The notes under the pieces were generated by a model. It did no database searches and was not told where the DNA came from. It worked only from the letters and a program-made list of their open reading frames with translations. The translations under genes and the position numbers were made by a program. A stretch of 64,000 nucleotides of DNA from Candidatus Aminicenantes bacterium (GTDB lineage: Bacteria; Acidobacteriota; Aminicenantia; UBA2199): assembly GCA_963764745.1 (NCBI GenBank), contig CAVXTN010000006.1, positions 1,652,313-1,716,312 of the forward strand, read 5' to 3'. Each line of letters starts with the position of its first letter. The first letter of the stretch is position 1. Shown one piece after another: positions 1 to 8,259 of the stretch.

Positions 1-1610
1 GTGTCGGACGTGCTGCCGCCCCCGCCTCCCTTTCCGCCGCCTCCGCCCGGCACGGTGGGCGGCTTGTCGGGCTTCTTGCAGAACTCGTCGAGCGACTTCC
101 CGGCCGCGCCGGCCTGGGCGGTGTGGTTGCCGCCGTCGAGGCCCACGGTGATGGGCCCCTTGGCGGGCGTGGTGTGCTCGGAGGCACCGGGACTGCCGTC
201 GGGGCAGGTGCAGCCGCCGTCGCGGAGGCACAGCGCGACGGGCCCGGTCTGGTTGAGCGGGGTGTCGACGCCGAAGCCCTCGTCGTGCAGGCGTCCGTAG
301 CCGTCCATGAGGTAGACGATCAGCACGTCGGCGGAGGACTCGATGACGGCCTGGGTGGCCTGCGCCGGCCCTCCGAAGGGCAGCGCGTGGCTGTTGCCGG
401 CCCCGATCGTCAGGTGCTCGGGCGTGGGGCCGGCGCTCGGCGGTGACCCGGGCCCGGTCATCTTCCACGAGGGGTTTGCGGCATCCTCGAAGTAGCTCGC
501 CCCCCACTGCTCGTAGTAGTCGGTCTCGCTCCCGGCGATGAGGACCCCGAGCGCGTCGGAGTCGTGTCCACCCACGTCGGCCACAACAGTCGGCAGGAGC
601 CGTGGCCAGACCGCCGACTGATCGCGCACCACGTCGCCGTAGTGGCCGAACACACCGAGCGCGTCGTAGGAGCGGTCGACGTAGGCCGTCATCGGCGTGA
701 ACGTGTACTTCGACCACTTGTTCTCGACCACGCCGGACCCGCTCGGCACGACCTGGGCCATGACCCACGTGGCCTCGCCCTCCTCGACCCACGGGGACAC
801 GGTCGCGACCGCCTCGCCGGATCCCACCGCGACCTGCTGGTAGCAGTGGAACACCTCGTGCGCCATGACCGCCGCCGCGTCGTTGCCGGGGACCGCGGCC
901 ATCTTCTGGTTCCAGATCGTGATGTGACAGCCATCGCCGAACGGCTGGTAGGCAGTGGCGTACCAGGGCTTGTAGTACCAGGTCGTCGACGCATAGGCCG
1001 TGCCGGGCAGGTCGTAGGAGACGTCGATCCGGAACTTCGAGATCGGCTTCGCCCCCAGTTCGGCCGCTTCCGCCACGCTCGCCGACTCGGCCAGGTGCAG
1101 GTAGTCGTACGCGGGCGTGTCACGCCGGGAGGTGGGCGAGCCGAGGCTGATCTGCCGTGGTGTCGGCGTGGTGGCGCCGCCCGCAGCCCCACGCCCGAAC
1201 GAGATCGTCGTTGGTGGAGCCGCCTGGTTCGGTTGACCGAGCAGTCTCGCCGCCGCCTTGCGCTGCGCGACCGTGAGCTTGTCCCAGACCCCGTACAGGT
1301 AGCTCGTGGCCATCGAGCCGTCGAAGTCGGTCTTGTCGACGGAGCCCGTGTGGGCCGGCACGCCCGGCAGTGGGCCGATCTGGATGCTGAACAGCATCAG
1401 CGCGCGCTCCGCGGTGAGACCGTCGGTGCGGATGTCGTGCATGATCTGGGACTGGGTCTCGCCCACCGGGAACGGGGAGGAGGCCGTGCGCGCCGCGCCG
1501 CGGCTCGTCGTGGTGGTCGTCCCCTGGCGCGACGCGTTGTCGGTCTTCGCGGAGCACGCGCCTGCCGCGAGCACGAGCGCCACGACGAAGAGTGGAGTGA
1601 GCCGCCGCAT
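1..1610 (-). CDS. Secreted lipoprotein with HExxH motif (putative metallopeptidase-like). Partial: the C-terminus runs off the window start.
   Basis: Start ATG at 1608-1610 follows GGAGGAAC. N-terminus MRRLTPLFVVALVLAAGAC gives a signal peptide plus lipobox Cys, and an HEVFH motif lies mid-protein. I translated it by hand and found no stop down to position 1. It is absent from the ORF track, consistent with the track omitting minus-strand ORFs that lack a stop inside the window. It occupies the position lpqT holds downstream of prs in mycobacteria. Confidence 0.5.
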   Translation of the reverse strand, partial: MRRLTPLFVVALVLAAGACSAKTDNASRQGTTTTTSRGAARTASSPFPVGETQSQIMHDIRTDGLTAERALMLFSIQIGPLPGVPAHTGSVDKTDFDGSMATSYLYGVWDKLTVAQRKAAARLLGQPNQAAPPTTISFGRGAAGGATTPTPRQISLGSPTSRRDTPAYDYLHLAESASVAEAAELGAKPISKFRIDVSYDLPGTAYASTTWYYKPWYATAYQPFGDGCHITIWNQKMAAVPGNDAAAVMAHEVFHCYQQVAVGSGEAVATVSPWVEEGEATWVMAQVVPSGSGVVENKWSKYTFTPMTAYVDRSYDALGVFGHYGDVVRDQSAVWPRLLPTVVADVGGHDSDALGVLIAGSETDYYEQWGASYFEDAANPSWKMTGPGSPPSAGPTPEHLTIGAGNSHALPFGGPAQATQAVIESSADVLIVYLMDGYGRLHDEGFGVDTPLNQTGPVALCLRDGGCTCPDGSPGASEHTTPAKGPITVGLDGGNHTAQAGAAGKSLDEFCKKPDKPPTVPGGGGGKGGGGGSTSD

Positions 1611-1703
1611 GGTTCCTCCGAGCCGCCGGACAAGAGGGGTCGCGAGACCCTAGGCCGTTTGCGACGGAAGCGACGGCCGGACCCGACGTGGGCCGGGCCG
1701 GCG

Positions 1704-2675
1704 TCAGCTCTGGTTCTCGCCGCCGAAGATCTCGCTCACGCTGGTGTCCTCGAACACCGCGTCGATGGCGTCGCTGACCAGACCCGCCACCGAGAGCACC
1801 TCGAGCTTGTCGATCTGCTTCTCGGGCGTGATGGGCAGGGTGTCGGTGACCACGACGCGCGAGATGGCCGAGTTCTTGAGCCGGTCGGTGGCGGGGTCCG
1901 ACAGCACCCCGTGGGTGGCCATGACCCACACGTCGGACGCGCCGTGCTCGTTCAGGATGTCGGCCGCGGCGCAGATGGTGCCGGCGGTGTCGATCATGTC
2001 GTCGATGATCACGCAGTGGCGGCCGTCGACGTCGCCGATGACGTCACGGGCGAGCACCGTGTTGGCCGTGCCCTTGGGGCGGTACTTGTTGACGAACGCC
2101 AGGTCGGCGCCCACGTGCTGCGAGAAGCGCTCGGCCACCTTCACCCGGCCGGCGTCGGGAGACACCACCACGAACGACCCGAGCTCCTGCGCCTTGAGGT
2201 AGTCGACCAGCACCGGCATGGCGGTGAGGTGGTCGACCGGCCCGTCGAAGAAGCCCTGGATCTGGCCCGAGTGCAGGTCGACGCTGACCACGCGGTCGGC
2301 GCCGGCGGCCTGGAACATGTCGGCGACGAGCTTGGCGGTGATGGGCTCGCGGCCCTCGGCCTTGCGGTCCTGGCGGGCGTAGCCGTAGTAGGGGCAGACG
2401 GCGGTGATGCGCTTGGCCGAGGCCCGCTTGGCGGCGTCGATCATGATCAGGTGCTCCATGATCGCCTTGTTCACCTCGCCACCGTGCGACTGCAGGATGA
2501 ACACGTCGGCACCGCGCAGCGACTCGCCGAAGCGGCAGTGCAGCTCGCCGTTGGCGAACTCGCGGAGGTTGGTCTCGCCCAGCTCGACACCCAGGTGGGC
2601 CGCGATGTCGGTGGCCAGGATCGGGTGCGCCCGACCCGAGTAGAGCCGCAGCTTCTTCTTGGTCAGGAGCTCCAT
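1704..2675 (-). CDS. prs: Ribose-phosphate pyrophosphokinase
   Basis: MELLTKKKLRLYSGRAHP...FANGELHCRF...DLHSGQIQGFF...DDMIDTAGT are canonical Prs motifs. The true start is an internal Met of the 1704..2822 ORF. Confidence 0.9.
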   Translation of the reverse strand: MELLTKKKLRLYSGRAHPILATDIAAHLGVELGETNLREFANGELHCRFGESLRGADVFILQSHGGEVNKAIMEHLIMIDAAKRASAKRITAVCPYYGYARQDRKAEGREPITAKLVADMFQAAGADRVVSVDLHSGQIQGFFDGPVDHLTAMPVLVDYLKAQELGSFVVVSPDAGRVKVAERFSQHVGADLAFVNKYRPKGTANTVLARDVIGDVDGRHCVIIDDMIDTAGTICAAADILNEHGASDVWVMATHGVLSDPATDRLKNSAISRVVVTDTLPITPEKQIDKLEVLSVAGLVSDAIDAVFEDTSVSEIFGGENQS

Positions 2676-2700
2676 CGAGGACCCTTCGATCGGCCGGCTG

Positions 2701-3828
2701 TCAGCCCGGCGTGCCAGCGACCCCGTCTTCGGGACTGCGGGCAGCATAGAACGGCCCGGTGACGGCTCCGTCGGGGATTGCGCTGCCGGCCGCCAGCACG
2801 GCGTAGGGGCCCACCCGGGCACCGTCGCCGATCTCGGCGTCGACGCCGGTCGACGAGGCGACCACGGCGTCGCGGCCCACCACGCAGTCGGTGAGCCGGG
2901 TGTCGGGCCCGATCTCGGCGCGCTCGCCCACGACGGTGTGGCCCTGGAGGATGGTGCCGGGGAAGAGCGTGACGTCGGGCGCCAGGCGCACCGTGGCGTC
3001 GAGGTAGGTGCGCGCCGGGTCGATCATGGTGACGCCCTGACCCAGCCACGACTCGTTGGTGCGGCGCCGCAGCTCGGCCTCGGCGGCGGCCAGCTGGCGA
3101 CGGTCGTTGATGCCGTGCGTCTCGTCGGGGTCGGGGGCGACTACTGCGTGGACCGGGTAGCCGGCGTCGTGCAGCACGGCCACCACGTCGGTGAGGTACT
3201 GCTCGCCCTGCGCGTTGTCGGGGTCGATGCGCCGCAGGGCCGGGGCCAGGACGCTGCGCCGGAAGCAGTAGATGGAGGTGTTGACCTCGTCGATGGCCAG
3301 CTCGTCGGCCGTGGCGTCGGCGTGCTCGACGATGCGCACCACCTTGTCGTCGCGGCCGCGCACCACCCGCCCGTAGCCCGTGGGGTCGGGGAGGTGGGCG
3401 GTGAGCACGGTGCACGCGGCGCCGGTGCGGCGGTGCTCGGCCACGAGGGCGGCGATGGTGGCCGGGCGCAGCAGCGGCGTGTCGCCGGGGAGCACCAGCA
3501 CGTCGTCGGCGTCGTCGTCGGTGTCGTCGGGGAAGGCGGTGAGCGCCACGCTGACCGCGTCGCCGGTGCCGCGTTGCACGACCTGCTCGACGAAGTCGAG
3601 GACGTGGTCGATGGGCTCGTCGGCGAGCTTCTTCGACACCCGCTCGGCGCCGTGGCCCACCACGACGACGGCACGGTCGATGGGGCAGTCGGCCAGGGCG
3701 TCGAGCACGTAGAGCACCATGGCCCGCCCGCACAGCAGGTGCAGCGGCTTGGGCCGGGTGGAGTGCATGCGGGTGCCTTCGCCTGCGGCGAGGACGATGG
3801 CGGACAAGGGCCGACCGGCGACTGCCAT
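2701..3828 (-). CDS. glmU: GlmU, UDP-N-acetylglucosamine pyrophosphorylase / GlcN-1-P acetyltransferase. C-terminally truncated (~376 aa against a typical ~460-495).
   Basis: N-terminus MAVAGRPLSAIVLAAGEGTRM with a complete uridyltransferase domain. Only the start of the LbH acetyltransferase domain is present before the stop at 2701. Just 25 nt separate it from the prs start. Confidence 0.75.
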   Translation of the reverse strand: MAVAGRPLSAIVLAAGEGTRMHSTRPKPLHLLCGRAMVLYVLDALADCPIDRAVVVVGHGAERVSKKLADEPIDHVLDFVEQVVQRGTGDAVSVALTAFPDDTDDDADDVLVLPGDTPLLRPATIAALVAEHRRTGAACTVLTAHLPDPTGYGRVVRGRDDKVVRIVEHADATADELAIDEVNTSIYCFRRSVLAPALRRIDPDNAQGEQYLTDVVAVLHDAGYPVHAVVAPDPDETHGINDRRQLAAAEAELRRRTNESWLGQGVTMIDPARTYLDATVRLAPDVTLFPGTILQGHTVVGERAEIGPDTRLTDCVVGRDAVVASSTGVDAEIGDGARVGPYAVLAAGSAIPDGAVTGPFYAARSPEDGVAGTPG

Positions 3829-3905
3829 GCCGCCTTTTCTACTATGCGCCCGGGGACACCGGCGCGCTCGGGAGGCCTGTGGCGCCCTCCACCTGCAGCG
3901 CGACG

Positions 3906-3979
3906 CTCCGGGGGGAGGACTCGAACCTCCAAGCATCCGGTACCGAAAACCGGCGTTCTGCCAATTGAACTACCCCGGA
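3906..3979 (-). tRNA. tRNA. The anticodon loop reads UUUCGGU, anticodon UCG, so putatively tRNA-Arg(TCG); the fold otherwise resembles Gln/Glu-type tRNAs.
   Basis: Reverse complement TCCGGGGTAGTTCAATTGGCAGAACGCCGGTTTTCGGTACCGGATGCTTGGAGGTTCGAGTCCTCCCCCCGGAG. Acceptor stem 7 bp, D-stem GTTC/GAAC, T-arm GGAGG-TTCGAGT-CCTCC. CCA is not encoded. Confidence 0.6.
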
Positions 3980-4091
3980 AGGGACCGGCCCACGCTACCC
4001 GCGGCCGCCGCCGGCCCCGGCGAGCCGTCCACCCCCCGCCCTGGGGCCGTTTCGCACCGGTCGGGGGGCCTCCGCTAGGTTGATCCGCCTC

Positions 4092-4190
4092 ATGGGCTCA
4101 CTGATCAAGAAGCGCCGCAAGCGCATGCGCAAGAAGAAGCACAAGAAGATGCTGAAGCGCACACGCTGGCAACGCCGCGCCGGCAAGTAA
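4092..4190 (+). CDS. 30S ribosomal protein bS22 (mycobacterial-type small basic protein, 32 aa)
   Basis: MGSLIKKRRKRMRKKKHKKMLKRTRWQRRAGK closely matches actinobacterial bS22 (MGSVIKKRRKRM.KKKHRKLL...). Too short for the ORF track. Confidence 0.8.
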   Translation: MGSLIKKRRKRMRKKKHKKMLKRTRWQRRAGK

Positions 4191-4229
4191 CCGAACCGGC
4201 CGCCCCGCAGGCCCCCGACACCGGGTGGA

Positions 4230-5099
4230 TCAGGTGGTGCCGAGGTAGAAGAAGCTGCCCTGGTCGTCGGTGCACTCCGACGTGCGGCCGTAGGGCTGCG
4301 TCGCGGGGTCGGTGGCGGTGCCGCCGGCCGCTCGCACCCGCTGCACTGCGGCGTCGACGTCGTCGACGCGGTACATCGGCGCCACCGAGTCGTGGTCGCT
4401 GCCGCCGCGCATCCCGGTCATCGGGTGGACGCCCTGGGGCTCCCAGCCGTCGTCGACGCGCCCGCTGCTGAAGGTCCAGCCGAGCACCGCTCCCAGGAAC
4501 GCCCGGGTGCGTGACGAGTCCCGCACCCCGAACGTGAGGTAGGAGATGTCGCCCTGGTGCTCGCCGTTGAGCGGCACCCGGGGCTCGACGCGGTCGGGCA
4601 GCGGCTCGACGAGCGCGAACGCCATGCTCTGGTCGTCGGTGCAGTCGGCCACGTGGCCGAAGCGCTCCGTCCGAGCCTCGTCCGCCCGGCCACCGGCCTC
4701 ACGGACGTCGGCGATCGACCGCTGCACGTCGTCGACCACGAAGTAGGGCACGGCCGTGCCCGCAGCGCCGACACGGAGGCCGTGGCGCGGCCGCACCCCG
4801 GACGCCTGGCGGCCGAGGTCGCCGAGCGGGGGCCCGTAGCTGCAGCCGAGCACGGCTTCGTAGAAGGCGACGGCTCGGTCGACGTCGGGGACGCACACGG
4901 CGAGGAACGCCACGTCGCCGTGGTGGGGTGGGTCCGGCGGGGTGGCGTCGGCGGTGGCGGTGAGGTCGAGATCGGACACGGTGACTCCTGGGGGCAGGGC
5001 GAGGGCGCGCTCGACCCGGGCACGGAGCCGGGCCGCGAACGCCGGGTCGGGAGTGGACGGGGTCGGGGGGAGGTGCAGGGCGTCGAACGGGTCAGCCAT
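4230..5099 (-). CDS. Two-domain VOC (glyoxalase/bleomycin-resistance fold) family protein
   Basis: Two repeated VOC modules (GDVAFLAVCVPDVDRAVAFYEAVLG... and GDISYLTFGVRDSSRTRAFLGAVLGW...). Its start overlaps the stop of the upstream ECF sigma gene (ATGA). Confidence 0.7.
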   Translation of the reverse strand: MADPFDALHLPPTPSTPDPAFAARLRARVERALALPPGVTVSDLDLTATADATPPDPPHHGDVAFLAVCVPDVDRAVAFYEAVLGCSYGPPLGDLGRQASGVRPRHGLRVGAAGTAVPYFVVDDVQRSIADVREAGGRADEARTERFGHVADCTDDQSMAFALVEPLPDRVEPRVPLNGEHQGDISYLTFGVRDSSRTRAFLGAVLGWTFSSGRVDDGWEPQGVHPMTGMRGGSDHDSVAPMYRVDDVDAAVQRVRAAGGTATDPATQPYGRTSECTDDQGSFFYLGTT

Positions 5100-5623
5100 C
5101 AGACGCCTCCTGGTCGGTGTAGGCCCGGCGGAACGCGGCGCGGGCGCGCACGAGCAGTGCTTCGGTGGCGTGCACGCGAGCGGTCGAGGAGCCCGGCCAC
5201 CTCGGCGACGGGGAGGCCGTCGACGTAGCGCAACGTGAGCGCGGCCCGGTGGTGCGGCCCGAGCGAGGCGAGCGTGGCGTGGGTGCGGAGGCCGTCGACG
5301 TGGACGTCCCACGGGTCGCCGTCGGGTGGTGCCTGGGCGTCGGCCAGGGCGTGGAGGCCGCGCTGCTCACGGGCCTGGCGGCGCCAGTGGTCCACCAGCT
5401 TGTGGCGGGCGACGCCGATGAGCCAGGGCACCGAGATCACGGGCGGATCCGGACGGCGGGAGGCGTCGACCGCCGCGAAGAACGTCTCGGCGGTGAGATC
5501 CTCGGCCACCGGCACGCCGTCGCACCGCACCAGCAGGTAGCCGTAGACCGCAGGGAGCGCCTCGTCGTACAGCGCGAGCAGGGGGGATCCCGCTGCGCTG
5601 GTGCCGGTCGAGGTGTCGCTCAC
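5092..5623 (-). CDS. ECF (sigma-70 family) RNA polymerase sigma factor. Frameshifted near 5170.
   Basis: Region 2 (PAVYGYLLVRCDGVPVAEDLTAETF) and region 4 (LTLRYVDGLPVAEVAGLL) are present. The canonical C-terminus ...VHATEALLVRARAAFRRAY sits in the adjacent frame (ORF 5092..5370). Confidence 0.7.
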
Positions 5624-5627
5624 ATCC

Positions 5628-6434
5628 CTATCGTCGTTCGGGAGGCCCGATCTCCGACGGGCCGCCGCCGGATTTCTCCGAGCCCGGCAGCTCGGCCGGC
5701 CGGGTCTGCACCACGATGCGGTCGTCGCCGGGGAAGGCTCCCGCCACGAACCAGGTGCTGCCGCTCCCGGCCAGCACGGGCACCTCCCCGGTGGCCTCCG
5801 CCAGCCGGTCGCGCCAGGCCGCCAGCCGGGGCTCTACGGCGAGGGCGGCCGCGGCGAGGTCGTTCGGGCCGTCGCCGACCGGGCCACCGAGGCGGTCCCA
5901 GGCGGCGTAGACCTCGGGCGTGGCACAGCCGAAGGGCGGGATGAGCAGCGTGTAGGTGCGCGCCACGAAGGGCAGCGGCTCGACCAGCTCGCCGATCCCG
6001 CGCACCCGGGCCCGGCCGCCACGGACGCAGAACGGCACGTCGGCGCCGATCGACGCGGCCACGGCGAGGTCGTCGACACCGGCCCAGCGGAGCACGGCCG
6101 CCGCGTCGGCCGACGCGCCGCCGAGCCCCCCACCTGCGGGGATGCGCTTGAGGAGCCTCACGTGGGCGGTCCGACCGACGGCCGCCAGCGCCCGGCGCAC
6201 CGAGTTGTCGTCGTCGGGGCCCACGTGCAGGCCACTCCCGGTGCCGACCACGTCGAGGCCGTCGCCGGAGGTCAACTCGAGGGTGTCGGCGAGGTCGAGG
6301 GTGACCATCTCGGCGTCGATGAGGTGGTAGCCGTCGTCGCGCACTGCCGTAACCCTCAGGCTCACGGTGAGCTTCGCGGGCGCGGCGACCACCTCGACGG
6401 CCCCGGAGTCGGTCACCGGCACAGCTTGCCCCAT
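5628..6434 (-). CDS. ispE: 4-diphosphocytidyl-2-C-methyl-D-erythritol kinase
   Basis: GHMP kinase motifs (KLTVSLRVTAVRDDGYHLIDAEMVTLDLAD...PAGGGLGGASADAAAVL). Conserved position downstream of ksgA. Start taken at internal Met MGQAVPV. Confidence 0.85.
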   Translation of the reverse strand: MGQAVPVTDSGAVEVVAAPAKLTVSLRVTAVRDDGYHLIDAEMVTLDLADTLELTSGDGLDVVGTGSGLHVGPDDDNSVRRALAAVGRTAHVRLLKRIPAGGGLGGASADAAAVLRWAGVDDLAVAASIGADVPFCVRGGRARVRGIGELVEPLPFVARTYTLLIPPFGCATPEVYAAWDRLGGPVGDGPNDLAAAALAVEPRLAAWRDRLAEATGEVPVLAGSGSTWFVAGAFPGDDRIVVQTRPAELPGSEKSGGGPSEIGPPERR

Positions 6435-6441
6435 GCCGGCC

Positions 6442-7284
6442 TCACGCCGGGGCGGCGGCGCGGGTGAGCCGGCCCCACGCCTCGAGGTCGAGCTGCTCGG
6501 CACGGGCCGTGGGGTCGACCCCGGCGGCGGTGAAGGCCGCGGCGTCGACGAGCCCACCCAGGGCGCCCCGCAGCATCTTGCGGCGCTGCCCGAACCCGGC
6601 CCTGACCAGGGCGAACAGCTGGTCGGCGTCGGCATCCACCGCCGGACCTCCCGGACGCCTGACGATCTCGACCAGCGCCGACTCCACCCGGGGCCGCGGC
6701 ACGAAGACGTCGGGCCCCACCTTGCCCACCACGCGGGCCGTCGCCCAGTAGGACACCTTCACCGAGGGGATGCCGTAGGCCTTGTCCCCCGGGGTCGCAG
6801 CCAGGCGCTCGGCCACCTCGAGCTGCACCATCACCAGCATCCGCCGGATGGCCGGCACCGCGTCGAGCAGGTCGCACACCAGCGGCGTGGCCACGTTGTA
6901 CGGCAGGTTGGCCACGAGCACCCACTCGGGGGCCGCGGCGAGCACGGCCGACCAGTCGAGCTCCATGGCGTCGCCCGCGACCACCTCCACCCCGGTGCCC
7001 TGCACCGCCTCCTCGAGGACGGGGAGCAGGTGCCGGTCGAGCTCCACGGCGGTGACCGAGGCGCCGGTCTCGGCGAGGGCCAGCGTGAGCGAGCCCAGGC
7101 CGGCACCGATCTCGACGACGTGGTCCCCGTGGGTCACGGCGGCCAGGCGCGCGATGCGGCGCACGGTGTTGGCGTCGGCCACGAAGTTCTGGCCCAACGC
7201 CCGGCTGGGCCGCAGGCCGTGCCGGTCGAGCAGGTCGAGGATCTGACGCCGCGAGTGGGTCACAGGTCGACGAGCGTTGCACAC
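6442..7284 (-). CDS. rsmA: 16S rRNA (adenine1518/1519-N6)-dimethyltransferase
   Basis: LGQNFVAD...VEIGAGLGSLTLAL...ANLPYNVATP are KsgA signature motifs. Confidence 0.9.
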   Translation of the reverse strand: MCNARRPVTHSRRQILDLLDRHGLRPSRALGQNFVADANTVRRIARLAAVTHGDHVVEIGAGLGSLTLALAETGASVTAVELDRHLLPVLEEAVQGTGVEVVAGDAMELDWSAVLAAAPEWVLVANLPYNVATPLVCDLLDAVPAIRRMLVMVQLEVAERLAATPGDKAYGIPSVKVSYWATARVVGKVGPDVFVPRPRVESALVEIVRRPGGPAVDADADQLFALVRAGFGQRRKMLRGALGGLVDAAAFTAAGVDPTARAEQLDLEAWGRLTRAAAPA

Positions 7285-7312
7285 CCGGGCGGGTGCGCCC
7301 GGGGCCGGCCCG

Positions 7313-8191
7313 CTACCAGGTGACGGTGACGCTGATGACGCCGGTGCCGAGGCTGGCCAGCCGGCCGAAGACCTCTTCGCTCAAGTCGATGATGCGCCCG
7401 GCGCCGAAGGGGCCGTAGTCGTCGACGACGCAGCTGGCCGTGCGGCCGTTGGCCGAGATGGTGACCCGGGTGCCACGGGGCACCGTGCGGCTGGCGCACC
7501 CGCCCGGGTTGTGGGCGTAGTAGCTGGCGAGGCCCGACTCGGAGTGGCTGGAGGAGGCCACCGTGGTGGGCGGTGCGGTGGTGGCGGGCGCCGCGGTGGT
7601 GGGCGGGGGCGTCCACGCCGGGGCTGCCGTGGTGGGCGTGGTGCTGGCCGTCTGGCCCGTCGAGGCCGCGGCCGTGGTGGGCGGCTCGGTGGTGGGGGCC
7701 TCGGTGGAGGGCGTGGTGGTGGCGGTGTGCTGCGACGCCGCCGCGGCACGGTGCAGGGCGATGGGCAGGAGCTTGGCGGAGGCGTCGTGGGCGCCCGGGG
7801 CGGGCACGCTCGACGAGCTGCCCGACGGCCCGGCGACGGTGCGGACCTGCACCGTCTTGGCCTGCGGCACCGCGCTGGCCGAGCCACGCGAGACCAGCAG
7901 CAGGGGCAGCATCAGGGCCGTGACCAGCACGGCGAAGAGGATGCCGGGGCTCTCCCAGGGCATGCCGTGGGCGACGGTGGCGGCCGGAGCCGTGACGGTG
8001 GCCGCAGGCCGGGCCGCGCGCCGGGCAGCAGGCCGGGCAGCGCGCCGGGCAGCAGGCCGGGCGGCGCGCCGGGCTCGGCGGGCGTTGGCCGGGAGCCGCG
8101 ACGGCGGCAGCTCGACGCGAGCCTCGGGCGGTAACGGGGGGGAATCGTGCATGAAGTCGACAAGGTTACGAGCGTCGTAACCCAACCGCAA
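7313..8191 (-). CDS. Membrane-anchored RlpA-like (DPBB domain) protein with a Thr/Pro/Ala-rich linker. It sits where RpfB lies in mycobacteria.
   Basis: C-terminal SGLASYYAHNPGGCASRTVPRGTRVTISANGRTASCVVDDYGPFGAGRIIDLSEEVF is an RlpA double-psi beta-barrel. TM helix GILFAVLVTALMLPLLLV. The start may be the internal Met at 8152 (MHDSPP...). Confidence 0.7.
   Translation of the reverse strand: MRLGYDARNLVDFMHDSPPLPPEARVELPPSRLPANARRARRAARPAARRAARPAARRAARPAATVTAPAATVAHGMPWESPGILFAVLVTALMLPLLLVSRGSASAVPQAKTVQVRTVAGPSGSSSSVPAPGAHDASAKLLPIALHRAAAASQHTATTTPSTEAPTTEPPTTAAASTGQTASTTPTTAAPAWTPPPTTAAPATTAPPTTVASSSHSESGLASYYAHNPGGCASRTVPRGTRVTISANGRTASCVVDDYGPFGAGRIIDLSEEVFGRLASLGTGVISVTVTW
8008..8079. 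repeat. Tandem 12/24-nt coding repeat (GCCGGGCAGC[AG][GC])x6 inside the rlpA-like gene
   Basis: Three consecutive 24-nt units (8008-8031, 8032-8055, 8056-8079) encode ...ARRAARPAARRAARPAARRAARPAA... Confidence 0.8.
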
Positions 8192-8259
8192 CTTTCAGAG
8201 GTGTGATCCGTTCCCGTTCGCAACGACCTCGCCGCGCCGGTCTCCCCCGCCGCGCCAGG

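Noticed and set aside
564-2762. 732-aa plus-strand ORF spanning the lipoprotein and prs loci
   Set aside because: It lies antisense to two well-supported minus-strand genes. It is Arg/Gly/Pro/His-rich junk, typical of stop-codon-poor high-GC DNA.
2659-4083. 474-aa plus-strand ORF overlapping glmU and the tRNA
   Set aside because: Antisense to glmU and crossing a tRNA gene. Low-complexity composition. Spurious.
8008-8079. Possible CRISPR-like or VNTR array
   Set aside because: The 12-nt units are contiguous with no spacers, and in frame inside a coding sequence. This is a coding low-complexity repeat, not CRISPR.
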